Assembly: GCA_964401385.1 (NCBI GenBank)
Contig: CAYNYF010000002.1
Span: forward strand, 25,046 to 89,045
Source of the DNA: an uncultured Planctomycetaceae bacterium
Lineage (GTDB): Bacteria; Planctomycetota; Phycisphaerae; SM23-33
Length of the DNA: 64,000 nt
Reading direction: 5' to 3'
The position numbers were made by a program, and so were the translations under genes. Below, one piece after another: positions 46,572 to 56,785 of this stretch. The notes under the pieces are model-generated. The model saw only the letters and a program-made list of their open reading frames with translations, was not told the origin of the DNA and ran no database searches. The stretch's first letter is position 1, and every line of letters starts with the position of its first letter.

Positions 46572-46600
46572 TTGCATTGCCGATGCCTATGCGGAAGAAT
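46572..46600 (+). promoter_or_regulatory. Sigma-70-like promoter TTGCAT-N17-AAGAAT upstream of the GH130 gene
   Basis: ttgcat tgccgatgcctatgcgg aagaat, ~70 nt upstream of the ATG at 46672. An overlapping TTGACA at 46558 is an alternative -35. Confidence 0.3.
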
Positions 46601-46671
46601 TCGGCCGGCGGCGGTTACGTGGAACTGTCGCAGCAAAGCCAGCGCCAGCAAGAGAGGAAAAGTGCAAGACA

Positions 46672-47589
46672 ATGTTCAAGGACATCATCACACGGCATCC
46701 GGCCAATCCGATCCTGACGGCCGACGACATCCCCGGTGGGGCCAGCTCGGTCTTCAACAGCGCCCTGGTACGGCACAAGGGGAAAATCGTGGCCCTGCTG
46801 CGGGTCGAGAAGCGGGACGGAACACAGTCGATCCGTTACGGTGAGAGCGCCGACGGGCTGCGCTTCGACATCACCGACGAGGTGCTGCTGTCGCCCACCG
46901 CCGAGCCGTTCCTGACCTACCAGGAGGCGATCTACGACCCGCGCATCACCCGGATCGAGGGCACCTATTACGTCACCTACGCTTGTGAGAATCGGTTCGG
47001 CTGCCAGATCGGGCTGGACCGCAGCAGGGATCTCAAGCGCTGGGAGAAGATGGAGGTCATTGCCGAGCCGGACAACCGCAACATAGTGCTGTTTCCCGAA
47101 AAGATCAACGGGCTGTACTGCCGGCTGGACCGGCCCTTCAGCGGGCAGCAGGGAGGCGTGTGGGTGAGCTACTCGCCCGACCTGATCTTCTGGGGCAGGC
47201 ACCGGAACATCATGGAGTCGCGCAGGTTCCACTGGGACCGGGGCAAGATCGGACCGGGCGCCCCGCCGATCAAGACCGAAAAGGGCTGGCTGATCATCTA
47301 TCACGGCACCACGCCCTACTGCAACGGTCTGGTGTATCGGCTCGGCCTGGCCTTGCTGGATCTGGAAGATCCCACCCGGGTCCTGGGCCGGCCGCCGCAA
47401 TACCTGCTCACTCCCACCGAGCCTTACGAACGCGTCGGCGACGTGCCGAACGTGTGTTTTGCCTGTGCGGCCATCCCCAGCGAGGACGGCGAAAAGGTCG
47501 ACATCTATTACGGCGGGGCCGACACGTGCCTGTGCCTGGCCACCGCCAGGATCGACGACCTGGTCGAGGCCTGTTTGAAGTCGAGCTGA
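46672..47589 (+). CDS. Glycoside hydrolase family 130 (beta-mannoside phosphorylase-like)
   Basis: MFKDIITRHPANPILTADDI...FNSALVRHKGKIVALLRVE...YDPRITRIEGTYYVTYA...IIYHGT...VDIYYGGADT, the GH130 beta-propeller motifs. Start trimmed to the ATG at 46672. Confidence 0.8.
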   Translation: MFKDIITRHPANPILTADDIPGGASSVFNSALVRHKGKIVALLRVEKRDGTQSIRYGESADGLRFDITDEVLLSPTAEPFLTYQEAIYDPRITRIEGTYYVTYACENRFGCQIGLDRSRDLKRWEKMEVIAEPDNRNIVLFPEKINGLYCRLDRPFSGQQGGVWVSYSPDLIFWGRHRNIMESRRFHWDRGKIGPGAPPIKTEKGWLIIYHGTTPYCNGLVYRLGLALLDLEDPTRVLGRPPQYLLTPTEPYERVGDVPNVCFACAAIPSEDGEKVDIYYGGADTCLCLATARIDDLVEACLKSS

Positions 47590-47623
47590 CAGGCGCGGCC
47601 CAGGCCGGCACGAGAGACAAACC

Positions 47624-49384
47624 GTGGCCGAGGCGACCACCGAAAACTCGGACCCTCGCAAGCCCCCGCGGGACACCGGACCCCTTCTGCGCCGAACCTC
47701 GACGGTTCGGGGGGTGTTCTTCGTCTCGGCCAACCTGGCCGGTTTCCTGGCGATCAACGCCTTCCTGCACTATCTCAGCACGCGGCTGTGGCTGGACTTT
47801 TCCCTGGCGGGCTACCGCGAGGCCCTGACCACGCCTCTCAGCGAGACGTTTCTGCATCCGCTGAGCATCTTCTCCCACCCGTGGATGATGGTGCTGATCG
47901 CACTGCTGCTGTCGGCGGTGATTTTGGTGCCGATCGTGGTGGCAGTGCTGTACCGGCTTTGGGTGTCGGGCCTGTTCGTGCTGACGGTTGCGGTGATCGG
48001 GCACTGGCCCCTGCTGGCAGCGTTCCTGGCGGTCGGGTGCATCCTGGCCGGACGCACTCGCCTCCGCAGAAGCCTGCCGTTCCTGGCGCTGCTGGTAGGG
48101 TTGGCGCCGGTGGGGGCGTACCTGGGCCTCTTCTCCCGCAGCACGGACATCGTGTTGACTCCGCTGCAATGGTTCGTCCTGTACATGCTGCTGGTGTTCG
48201 TGGTGGTGGCGGCAATGCTGGCCGGGGTAGGCGTGCTTGCGCTGGCGCGGGCAACGCGCTTCCGCCCGGGTGTGATCTGGCCGGCGCTGCTAGTGTTCCT
48301 GGTTCCGCCGGTGTGGCTGTTCTACCAGAAAATCGGGCCGGCGGAGCTGGATTACGCCTTGATCGCCGGACGCCTTCAGCGGTCGGACGCGATGTTTGCC
48401 TCTGAAACGCTGGCCGACTTCGCCCGCTCCCATCTGGAGGTTTCCGGGGCGAAGGTCGGCGACGCGATGCTCCAGGCGGTCAGAAAGGCTCTTTCCCGGC
48501 GGCGAGAGGCCCTGCTTGCCGAGTGCGATGCCTTCCTGCGGCGGCATCCTCACAGCCCGCGCGGAGCAGCCGTTTTGTGGATTCGGGCGGTGGTCGTGGA
48601 CGTAAAAATCGACCTGCAAGCCTTCGACCAGGGGTTTATCAAGTACCGTACCTCCAGCCCGTCGAAGTCCTCGATCGGCCGCTGGGGCGAGATCGCCTAT
48701 CCCCAGCGCTATGCTCTGGCGCCTCAGGCCATGGTGGCCCACCAGCGATTGGGAATCGACGCCCTCCGCGACGGACGCATGCAGAAGGCGTTCGAAGACT
48801 TGCACATAGCCAAGTCCTCATTGATGACGCACCTGGGCAACAAGGGCGCGGAAGCCAGCGCGTCCCTCTGGGCACGGGTGTTCATTCCGGCCGAGTCCCT
48901 CCCCGGAGAGGAATACTACCGCGAGGTACTGGCCGAGACGGAAGGGCTGCTCTGGCTGATGAACGAGAACAAAGTGGTGGAAGGTGACAAGGCCAATGCG
49001 GACGCCTTCTCCGATTACATGAGGCTGTGGCCGTTCGGCGACCTCACGTCGGCGGCTCTGGCAGAGCTTGCCGCCAGCTCCAAAGGCACGGAGTTGGAGG
49101 ACAACTTCCAGCTGCTCATGGCGATGGCCGAAAAGGACGAGCTGGAGCGTGCCCGGAAGCTGGCCCCGGTGACGGCGGGGCTGAAAGACGCCGCCATCAT
49201 AGCCAACTATGAGCTGGGGCACCTGGCCATGCGGCACGGCAACGACCCTGCCTGGGCTGCCCGAAGCCTGAAGGCCGCCGAACATTATTTCGACATCGTC
49301 AGGGCAGCCCGCAGGAATCCCTATAAGGCCCTGGCCGAAAAACACCTCGCCAGGCTGGCCGCCAGAAAGACGCCCGGGCCGTGA
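47624..49384 (+). CDS. Hypothetical polytopic membrane protein with a C-terminal soluble helical domain
   Basis: 586 aa. ~8 predicted TM segments in the first 250 aa, then a helical, TPR-like soluble region. Confidence 0.55.
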   Translation: MAEATTENSDPRKPPRDTGPLLRRTSTVRGVFFVSANLAGFLAINAFLHYLSTRLWLDFSLAGYREALTTPLSETFLHPLSIFSHPWMMVLIALLLSAVILVPIVVAVLYRLWVSGLFVLTVAVIGHWPLLAAFLAVGCILAGRTRLRRSLPFLALLVGLAPVGAYLGLFSRSTDIVLTPLQWFVLYMLLVFVVVAAMLAGVGVLALARATRFRPGVIWPALLVFLVPPVWLFYQKIGPAELDYALIAGRLQRSDAMFASETLADFARSHLEVSGAKVGDAMLQAVRKALSRRREALLAECDAFLRRHPHSPRGAAVLWIRAVVVDVKIDLQAFDQGFIKYRTSSPSKSSIGRWGEIAYPQRYALAPQAMVAHQRLGIDALRDGRMQKAFEDLHIAKSSLMTHLGNKGAEASASLWARVFIPAESLPGEEYYREVLAETEGLLWLMNENKVVEGDKANADAFSDYMRLWPFGDLTSAALAELAASSKGTELEDNFQLLMAMAEKDELERARKLAPVTAGLKDAAIIANYELGHLAMRHGNDPAWAARSLKAAEHYFDIVRAARRNPYKALAEKHLARLAARKTPGP

Positions 49385-49469
49385 GGCACGTTCCCGGCCC
49401 GGTCGTCTTCGGCGTCCCGCCGAGGGCCTCTGTCGATCACCGGCCGAGCGTGAGCATTATCGTGACAGC

Positions 49470-50618
49470 GTGAACGGGAAGATTTCAGACAACAGCAAGC
49501 GGGTGATCTTCGTCAGCACCTCTGTGGGAGCCGGGCATCACCAGGCCGCGGCCGCACTGATGACCAGGCTGGGCGAGGTCCGCCCGGACGTGGAAACCGA
49601 GTTCCTGGATGCGCTGGAATTCGTCCCCTGGTGGTTCCGCCTGGTCTACGGCGGCGGCTACAACGTGCTGGTGACCAGCCTGCCGCGGATCTACGGGGTG
49701 GGATATCGGTGGCACAACCGGCCCGACACGCCCCGGCGGACCCTGCTCGAACGGAACAGGCTGTTGATCGAGCGTTTCGCCCTGCGTCGGCTCAGGAGGC
49801 ACCTGCTCGATCGCCGCCCCACGCTGGTGATGGCCACGCACTATCTGGCCATGCCCATGATCGGCCGCCTCATCGGCCGCGGCGAGCGCCTGCGGATGTT
49901 TGCCGTCATCACCGATAACGAGCCTCACCGCTGGTGGTTCGCCGAGAACGTGGAGCGCTACTTCGTGGCCAACCAGCGCGTCAGGGAGCTCATCTCGCGG
50001 TGGGGGATCGCGCCGGGTCGGATCACCGTCAGCGGCATTCCGGTCCATCCCAAGTGGACGGCCGGCCTGGACCGCCAGAGCATCTTTCGCGACTGGCGCT
50101 TGCCGACCGACAGGCCGATTGTCATTCTCAGCGGGGGGACCTTCTTCACCGTCGGTCCGGTCGAGCGGATCGCCCAGGCCATCCTCAACAACACCGACGC
50201 TCACGTGGTCGTGCTGGCCGGCAACAACAAGAAGTTGCTCGCCGCCCTGGCGAGCCTGCCCGAGTCGGGCCGGCGGCTCACCCCCGTCGCCTTCACCGAT
50301 CGCGTTCAGGAGCTGGCCGAGGTCGCCTCGGTCTTCATCACCAAGCCCGGCGGGCTGATGACCTCCGAGTGCATCGCCAAAGGGGTAGCCATGGTCCTGA
50401 CCAAGCCCGTGCCGGGTCAGGAAGCTGCGAACGCCGAGATGCTCGCCCGCGAAGGGGCGGCCATAACCGCACCTGTCACCGAGGACGTCATCCGCGAGGT
50501 GATACGGCTGCTGGAGACGCCCGCGGCGGTTGAGGCTCTCCGGGACAATGCCCGGCGGCTGTATCAGCCCGCGACGGAGACCATCGTCTCGAGAATCTGC
50601 GAGGCGATCGACAGCTAG
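49470..50618 (+). CDS. GT28-family glycosyltransferase (MGDG synthase / UgtP-like diacylglycerol glycosyltransferase)
   Basis: 382 aa. RVIFVSTSVGAGHHQAAAAL N-terminal MGDG_synth pattern; C-terminal Glyco_tran_28_C-like region (FITKPGGLMTSECIAKGVAMVL). Confidence 0.75.
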   Translation: MNGKISDNSKRVIFVSTSVGAGHHQAAAALMTRLGEVRPDVETEFLDALEFVPWWFRLVYGGGYNVLVTSLPRIYGVGYRWHNRPDTPRRTLLERNRLLIERFALRRLRRHLLDRRPTLVMATHYLAMPMIGRLIGRGERLRMFAVITDNEPHRWWFAENVERYFVANQRVRELISRWGIAPGRITVSGIPVHPKWTAGLDRQSIFRDWRLPTDRPIVILSGGTFFTVGPVERIAQAILNNTDAHVVVLAGNNKKLLAALASLPESGRRLTPVAFTDRVQELAEVASVFITKPGGLMTSECIAKGVAMVLTKPVPGQEAANAEMLAREGAAITAPVTEDVIREVIRLLETPAAVEALRDNARRLYQPATETIVSRICEAIDS

Positions 50619-50702
50619 TACTACAGTTCGCGCTTCGGTTGGATCTCGTGCTCGGTAGTGACAGCGGCGGGCCATAGCTTGGTGGCGTCGGCGCCATACT
50701 GA

Positions 50703-51294
50703 TCAGGCCAAGGGCCGTTCGATGTCGGTCAGCCGGGGCGAGGCGATGGCCAAAAGCAGCCGATGCACCTCCGGCTCAGTCAACGGCACCAGATCGGCCG
50801 GCTTTTTTTGTCGGTTCGGCGGCTTGGGCTCGCACCGTCGCCAGGAACACCAACGCCAGCATCGACAGCGTGATGTGCCGATGCCAGCCGTGCCAGGAGC
50901 GCACCTCGTAATCGTCCAGGCCGGTTTCCTGCTTGGCCGCGTCGAAGCAACTTTCAATCGCGCAGCGTTGTCCGGCCGTGATGGCAAGGTCTTGCGGGGA
51001 GATGTCGGTTGGGGCGGTGCACAGGTAGTACGCCCGCTCGGTTGGATGCTCGATGCTCCGCCGCACCAGCAGCGATCGCACCAACTCATGGTCGGCGTGT
51101 CCCGGCAGTCGTCCGGCCGTCCAGTCGTACAGGCGAGGCCCCTTGGAACCTTCGCTGATGCTCAAGCCGAACCAAGCCTCCTGGAGAACGCCGTCGGCGA
51201 TGGCGTCCACCCGTTGCTGACGCATCTGCATCGCCAACGGGGGTTTGGTCGCGAAGGTTACCTCCGCCGGTATCGAGGCCCCTGTCCGAGGCAT
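50703..51294 (-). pseudogene. IS701-family (IS4-like DDE) transposase remnant: 3' ~40% only, with an internal frameshift
   Basis: Frame a (51294-50776): ...VTFATKPPLAMQM...YEVRSWHGWHRHITLSMLALVFLA, the IS701 C-terminal DDE signature. The homology continues in another frame to 50703 (KKPADLVPLTEPEVHRLLLAI). No N-terminal half and no recognisable terminal IR. Confidence 0.65.
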
Positions 51295-51403
51295 GGGATC
51301 GTCACATCAACACTTTGGAAGGTATAACGCCCGGTCGATCAGCGCCCGGTCCCGCAAACGCGGCCTGCCAGGAAGCCGTGCCACGCGGTGCCGCGTTGCG
51401 TGC

Positions 51404-51856
51404 TTACTTACTGGCGTTCTTCCGCCAGTCTCCCTTCTCAAGGAATTCCCAGAAACTGGCTGTTCTTGCACGATCCGCGGAGAACCCCTCCACGGTCCAA
51501 CCGCCTCCCGGGTAGACCAGCATCTCCACAATGGTGTCACCCCTGTCATCCTCAAACCTTAGGATGTAGGCGGCAAGAGACCTCTCCTCTGCTCCGATCC
51601 AATCGAAGCTCATCCGCGGCATCAGTTCCCGCACGAACGCCGGTGCGCTCAGCGTCCAGGTCTCAGGTCGTGGCGGACGATGAGCGTAGTCCCTGTGTTC
51701 GATGTGGACCACGCTTGCTCGACGCATGGCCTTTCGAACCCTCCAGTTGCGCCAAGCGGACATGGGCCAGTAGTCCCGATACGCGAGGTACCCCATGCCC
51801 AGGCCGATAGCCGCGCCGACAATCAGCAATGTCAGATACGGTCGCCTTCTCTTCAT
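51404..51856 (-). CDS. Hypothetical N-terminally membrane-anchored protein
   Basis: 150 aa. N-terminal TM (LTLLIVGAAIGLGMGYLAY); no recognisable domain. Confidence 0.4.
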   Translation of the reverse strand: MKRRRPYLTLLIVGAAIGLGMGYLAYRDYWPMSAWRNWRVRKAMRRASVVHIEHRDYAHRPPRPETWTLSAPAFVRELMPRMSFDWIGAEERSLAAYILRFEDDRGDTIVEMLVYPGGGWTVEGFSADRARTASFWEFLEKGDWRKNASK

Positions 51857-52136
51857 GGCCTACGCACCTCACCTAAGTGCTCAGCCGCGCGAAATCCAGC
51901 ACGGCCCGCCCACCGAACACGACTCCCAGCCAAGGCGTACCGGCGGCCGAGAGGGCGGCGCATTGGTTTTCGATCTCCCCTGACGGCTGGGTCGCATCAG
52001 CCCGCCCTTTCCAGGCGGCATTGTAACCACCGTCTCGGTTGGACGCGTCAGCTTTGCGGCATTTTCTTTGACAGTCCGCGCCGGGCGGGGAGAATAGTCG
52101 ACTACTCGTTTGCGGAAAGGCGGAAAGGACGACAAC

Positions 52137-52988
52137 ATGAAGTTGGGATATCTGTGCCGGTACAGCAGGGAAGAGGTGGCCCGGGCGGCGCGTCTGGGCT
52201 TTGATTGCCTGGAGCTTCAGGCCGGGTCGATCTGCAAGGAGGTGAAGCCGAACCTGAAGATGCGCTCGGCCGCGAAGGAGGCCCGGGCCGTCCTGGACGA
52301 CTACGGCGTTTCCGTCTCGGCCCTGGCCCACTACGGTAACCCGCTGGCGGGCGACGCGAAGGCGGCGTTGGCCGGCTACAAGGCCGCCTTCGGCATGGCC
52401 GGCATCCTGGGCACGGACACGGTGGCGACGCTGGCCGGCTCGCGCCCGGAGGAGTCCACCGAGGACAACGTCAAGCGTTTCGCCCGGGTCTTCCGGCCGA
52501 TCGCCCGCGCGGCCGAGCGGGCCGGGGTCAAACTGGCCGTGGAGAACTGGACCGGCTTCGGCGGCGAGCTGCCGCTCAAGTCGGTCAACGTCGCCCGCAG
52601 CCCCGCCCTGTGGCGGCGGATGTTCGAGGCCGTCCCGTCCGAGGCCCTGGGCCTGGAGTTCGACCCGTCGCACCTGGTGCGGATCGGCGTGGACCATATC
52701 GCCGCCCTGAAGGCCTTCGCCGACCGCGTCTACCACGTCCACGCCAAGGATACCGAACTCCTGTACGATTCCATCGCCGAGCACGGCTACTACGGCGGCC
52801 GGCCGTTCCGCTATCGCATTCCCGGCTACGGCCAGATCGACTGGGCCGAGTTCATCTCCGCCGTGGTCGAGATCGGATACGACGGCGGCGTGGTCATCGA
52901 GCACGAAGACCCCGTCTTCAGCGGCGAGCGCTTCGAGGAAGGCCTGGTCCGCGGCTACGACGTCCTCCGCCCGCTGATTCAGCCTTAG
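52137..52988 (+). CDS. Sugar phosphate isomerase/epimerase (xylose-isomerase-like TIM barrel)
   Basis: ATG at 52137 preceded by AAGGA. ...FDCLEL...KLAVEN...EFDPSHL...HVHAKD...VIEHED, the metal-binding motifs of the AP-endonuclease-2/XI-like TIM barrel family. Confidence 0.75.
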   Translation: MKLGYLCRYSREEVARAARLGFDCLELQAGSICKEVKPNLKMRSAAKEARAVLDDYGVSVSALAHYGNPLAGDAKAALAGYKAAFGMAGILGTDTVATLAGSRPEESTEDNVKRFARVFRPIARAAERAGVKLAVENWTGFGGELPLKSVNVARSPALWRRMFEAVPSEALGLEFDPSHLVRIGVDHIAALKAFADRVYHVHAKDTELLYDSIAEHGYYGGRPFRYRIPGYGQIDWAEFISAVVEIGYDGGVVIEHEDPVFSGERFEEGLVRGYDVLRPLIQP

Positions 52989-53018
52989 CTTCGGGGGGGC
53001 GAGGAAGGAGAAGCCCCC

Positions 53019-54071
53019 ATGGCAGAGGCGGACGAGTTCACCGCCCGGCACTTGCCGGCCGTCTGCGGTTTCAACCTGCTGGAGAAGTTCGGCTGGACCA
53101 AGCGGGCCCCGCGCGGACGGCGCTTTCGCCGGTGGGACTTCGACTTCATGGCCAAACACGGCTTCCGCTTCGTCCGGCTGCCGATGGACTACCGCGTGTG
53201 GACTTCAGACCTGGACGGGCCTCGCCGCCAGATCGACCACAGCGTGCTCGAAGAGATCCGCCAGGCCGTGGAGATGGGGCGGACCCGCGGCATTCACGTC
53301 TGCATCAACATGCACCGCGGGCCGGGTTACTGCATCAACCGCCCGGAGATCGAGCCGTACAACCTCTGGACCGACGCCGAGGCCCAGGAGACCTTCGCCC
53401 ATCACTGGCACGCGCTGGCGGAGTTCTTCGCGGACTACTCTAAGGCCGAGTGCAGCTTCGACCTGCTGAACGAGCCGCCCACGCACGGGCAGAGGGGTTT
53501 TTCGCCGGAGGCCCACCGCAAGGTCATGCACCTGGCGGCCGGGGCGATCCGCCAAGTCACGCCCGACCGGCTGATCATCTGCGACGGCCACGGCGGGGGG
53601 CACTGGCCCAGCGAGGAGCTGCGCGACCTGAACGTCGCCCAGTCCATGCGCGGGTACGTCCCCTTCGAGGTGACGCACTACCAGGCGAGCTGGTGCAAGC
53701 GCGACCAGCCCTGGCCGGAGCCGGCCTGGCCCATGCCGGACGCGGACGCCGGCCGGCCGTGGGACAAGCAGCGACTCCAGCACGACCTCTACCAGCTCTG
53801 GCGCGACCTCCAGGCCACCGGCGTCGGCGTCCACTGCGGGGAGATGGGCGTCTACAGCCGCACGCCGGCGAAGGTGACCTACGCCTTCCTGGAGGACCTG
53901 CTGTCGATCCTCTACGACAACGGCTGGGGCTGGGCGTTCTGGAACCTCCGCGGGGCGTTCGGCGTGCTCGACAACGGCCGCGAAGGCGTCGAAACCGAGA
54001 CCGTCGGCTCCCACCAGCTCGACCGGAAAATGCTGGACCTACTCAAGGCCCACCTGCCGGAGACGAACTAG
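53019..54071 (+). CDS. Glycoside hydrolase family 5 (cellulase-like)
   Basis: 350 aa. GFRFVRLPMDY, HVCINMHRGPGY, FDLLNEPP (the NEP acid/base motif), GEMG (nucleophile region). Confidence 0.75.
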   Translation: MAEADEFTARHLPAVCGFNLLEKFGWTKRAPRGRRFRRWDFDFMAKHGFRFVRLPMDYRVWTSDLDGPRRQIDHSVLEEIRQAVEMGRTRGIHVCINMHRGPGYCINRPEIEPYNLWTDAEAQETFAHHWHALAEFFADYSKAECSFDLLNEPPTHGQRGFSPEAHRKVMHLAAGAIRQVTPDRLIICDGHGGGHWPSEELRDLNVAQSMRGYVPFEVTHYQASWCKRDQPWPEPAWPMPDADAGRPWDKQRLQHDLYQLWRDLQATGVGVHCGEMGVYSRTPAKVTYAFLEDLLSILYDNGWGWAFWNLRGAFGVLDNGREGVETETVGSHQLDRKMLDLLKAHLPETN

Positions 54072-54085
54072 CGGCCGGCCGGCGA

Positions 54086-54964
54086 TCAGGCCAACTGCTC
54101 CAGCCGCCGGCGGATCTCGCGGACGTGGGCGGGCGTGGTGCCGCAGCAGCCGCCGATGAAGCTGGCCCCGGCCTCCACCAAAGCGGGAACGAACCCGGCA
54201 AACTCAGCGGGACCCATCGGGAAAACCGTCTGGCCGTCGCGCATGACCGGCAGCCCGGCGTTGGGCTTGACCCACACCGGCAGCTCCGTCGCCTCCCGCA
54301 GCAGCCGGGTGATGTTGACGTAATTGGCCGGCCCGGCGCCGCAGTTGGCGCCGATGGCCGCGGCCCCCAGCTCGCCGGCGGCCGCCGCCAAATCGCCCGG
54401 GGCCACGCCCATCATCGTGTGGCACTTGTCCGGCCCGGAGTCGAAGGTCATGCTGGCCACGACGGGCAGGTCGGTGCTCTGCACGCCCGCGCGAATGGCC
54501 AGCCTCAGCTCGTCCAACTCTGTGAAGGTCTCGCACAGGATGGCGTCGGCGCCGCCGCGGGCCAGGGCGGCCGCCTGCTCGGCAAAGGCCGATTCGATCT
54601 CCTCGGGGGGGACCTCGCGCATCATGACGATCTTTCCCGTGGGCCCGATGGAGCCGAAGACGGCCGCCGCCTCGCCGGCGGCCTTGCGGCTGATGGCGGC
54701 GCCGGCCTCGGCCAGCTCGCCGGCCCGGTCCGCCAGAGACCAGTGGCCCAGGACGAAGCGATTCGCGCGGAAGGTATTGGTCAGGATGATCCGCGAGCCG
54801 GCCGCGACGTATTCGGCCGCGATGGCCTCGACGACCGAGGGCTTCTCCACGTTCCAGGCGTCCGGACACCCGCCGGGCGGAAGCCCGCGAGCCTGTAGCT
54901 GCGTTCCCCACGCGCCGTCCGTGACGGTCACCCGGCCGACGAAGTCGCCAATCCTCATGGCCAT
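54086..54964 (-). CDS. Homocysteine S-methyltransferase domain protein (MmuM/MetH-N-like)
   Basis: MAMRIGDFVGRVTVTDGAWGTQL...ILTNTF...GANCG...GGCCGTTP, Zn-binding Cys motifs. Start trimmed to the ATG at 54962-54964. Confidence 0.75.
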   Translation of the reverse strand: MAMRIGDFVGRVTVTDGAWGTQLQARGLPPGGCPDAWNVEKPSVVEAIAAEYVAAGSRIILTNTFRANRFVLGHWSLADRAGELAEAGAAISRKAAGEAAAVFGSIGPTGKIVMMREVPPEEIESAFAEQAAALARGGADAILCETFTELDELRLAIRAGVQSTDLPVVASMTFDSGPDKCHTMMGVAPGDLAAAAGELGAAAIGANCGAGPANYVNITRLLREATELPVWVKPNAGLPVMRDGQTVFPMGPAEFAGFVPALVEAGASFIGGCCGTTPAHVREIRRRLEQLA

Positions 54965-55165
54965 TGCTGCTCCCGTTGCCGGACAGGATTGTATCCCCAC
55001 ACCTTGCAGCGGGCAAACGCCATCCGGCCGACGTGCCCAACGCCGGTGCCGGGCCGGAGCAGAGGCGGTCTGTTCGCATCTGCTTCAGAGGCCCGGCGGA
55101 AGGCCGCTACGGGCCGGGCCGCGGCCCTCTGACGTGAGAAAGCTGAGCTCGGGTACGATGTCTGC

Positions 55166-55193
55166 TTGACGGGGCCTCGAAACGCGCTAGAAT
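55166..55193 (+). promoter_or_regulatory. Sigma-70-like promoter TTGACG-N16-TAGAAT
   Basis: ttgacg gggcctcgaaacgcgc tagaat, ~90 nt upstream of the HEAT-protein ATG at 55284. Confidence 0.4.
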
Positions 55194-55283
55194 CACAGGC
55201 AGCAACGGCGGCGGTCGTGGGCAGAAAGTCGCAGGGAAGACCGCGGCCAAGGCCGCCGCGCGAGGGAAGAGGGCTTCGTGAAC

Positions 55284-55856
55284 ATGGCCAGCAAGGCGCC
55301 AAAGCCTGACGAGCAGAAGGCCGACCCGGCCGAGCGGGTGTTTGACTTGCTCTGCCGTCGCCGGCCGCGGGACGACCAGCCAGGGGTCGGCTGGGTCCAG
55401 CTCGCCAAGGAGTTGGGCGAGATCGGCCCGAGTGGCCTGGACGGCTACGTGCGGGCGATGGCCTGCCCATACTGGGCGGCGCGGAAAACGGCCGTGAGCC
55501 TGATGCGCTTCTGTGAGTCCCCGGAGACCGTCGAAACGCTCGTCGTCTTGATGACCCGGGCCCTCTCCGACAGCCACAAGAAGGTCCGCCGCAGCGCGGC
55601 CGAAGACCTGCTGGGGCTGGACGTGCCCGAGGAGCGGAAGCGCCGCGAGTTCGTCCCGCGGGTGCTGCCGCTTCTGGACGATGCCAGCAAACGTGTGCGG
55701 CTCATGGCGGCCTGGTCGCTGCGGCGGTTCGCCGAGGTGGTGCCGCTGGCGACCGCCGCCAGGTCCGTGGTGAACGAGACCGACCCGAAGGTGCGCCACT
55801 TCAAGGACCGGCTGCTGGGGTCGGTTCTGGACGCCGGGGAGAGGGCCGCACAATAG
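55284..55856 (+). CDS. HEAT-repeat hypothetical protein
   Basis: ~190 aa. HEAT-like repeats (...VRRSAAEDLLGL..., ...VRLMAAWSLRRF...). Confidence 0.5.
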   Translation: MASKAPKPDEQKADPAERVFDLLCRRRPRDDQPGVGWVQLAKELGEIGPSGLDGYVRAMACPYWAARKTAVSLMRFCESPETVETLVVLMTRALSDSHKKVRRSAAEDLLGLDVPEERKRREFVPRVLPLLDDASKRVRLMAAWSLRRFAEVVPLATAARSVVNETDPKVRHFKDRLLGSVLDAGERAAQ

Positions 55857-55933
55857 AACAACATGGCGGCGTAAGGCTGCCGGACCTGGCGAACGTGGGT
55901 GTTGTGTCCATTCACGCGAAAGGCCGGCGGCTG

Positions 55934-55962
55934 CCGGGGGAGCGCGACACACGCTCCCCCGG
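55934..55962 (+). terminator. Perfect 11-bp stem / 7-nt loop GC-rich hairpin (CCGGGGGAGCG-cgacaca-CGCTCCCCCGG), with TTTT 12 nt downstream
   Basis: Inverted repeat read directly, 78 nt after the HEAT-protein stop. Candidate terminator; the spacing to the T-run is not classic. Confidence 0.3.
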
Positions 55963-56431
55963 CTCGTCGCCTCCTTTTGCGCTCAGACCCAGGCAGGCCG
56001 AGCCCGTAAACTCCGCGCGGCCTCGCACGTCGGCGGGCGCTTCTTACCGCTGGCGGCGTCCGCGAAACGCGTCTCCCCTCGACGTACCATCAAGATACGC
56101 CTGCGGCGTCCGCCGGGCGTCCCGATTCCCATCCGGCCGAGCAGGGCACCGGCCGCCTCGGCTCTGCCGGCGCCGGCCCTCCGGGGTACATTGGGCCCCA
56201 GGAGTCAAACTTGCCAGCGCAGGCATTTCCGGCCCCGGCGGCTTGCCCGCCCGGGGGAGACGCCGGGCGTCCCGGAAGGTGCCGTTCAACCATAAGATAT
56301 TTCCATAATTGCGCTTGTGGCTCGCGGCCGGAAGCAGCCAGTGGGAGTCGCGGCTGCCGAGAGCGGCGGGCGGCGGCCTGAAGTTTTTTTGCAAAGGCCT
56401 GAAAATTTGATTGACAGGGTCAGCCAGTCGG

Positions 56432-56458
56432 ATACCTTTTGCGAATCGTAAAAGGTAT
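56432..56458 (+). promoter_or_regulatory. Perfect 9-bp inverted repeat ATACCTTTT-N9-AAAAGGTAT immediately upstream of / overlapping the translation-start region of the MerR-family gene; candidate operator
   Basis: Palindrome read directly. A TTGACA hexamer lies 21 nt upstream at 56411. Confidence 0.3.
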
Positions 56459-56464
56459 TTGATA

Positions 56465-56785
56465 GTGCTTCGCGGCGGCTCATCTCGGTTGGCTCAGGAG
56501 GGCGGGGAGGCCTCTTCCTCGACCGCTGCCCCGGCGCGCCGGCGCATCCCGCCGAAGGTCTACCGCATCAGCGACATCGTGGAGTATTCCGGCGTATCGC
56601 GCCAGACGATTCACAACTACACCACCATGGGTCTGATTACCGAGTCTCGCCGGACGGCCGGGGGCCACAGGCTTTATGACGAATCCGTCTTCGGCCGGCT
56701 GGACATGATCGAGCACCTGAAACGGCAAAAGAGGACGCTTCGCGAGATCCGTGCGCAGTTGGACAGGCTGGACCGGGCTGGATAG
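56465..56785 (+). CDS. Small MerR-family transcriptional regulator; start uncertain (GTG 56465 or TTG 56489)
   Basis: HTH KVYRISDIVEYSGVSRQTIHNYTTMGLI...GGHRLYDE in the MerR arrangement, followed by a short coiled-coil tail. The track's TTG start at 56411 is more likely a -35 element. Confidence 0.5.
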   Translation: MLRGGSSRLAQEGGEASSSTAAPARRRIPPKVYRISDIVEYSGVSRQTIHNYTTMGLITESRRTAGGHRLYDESVFGRLDMIEHLKRQKRTLREIRAQLDRLDRAG

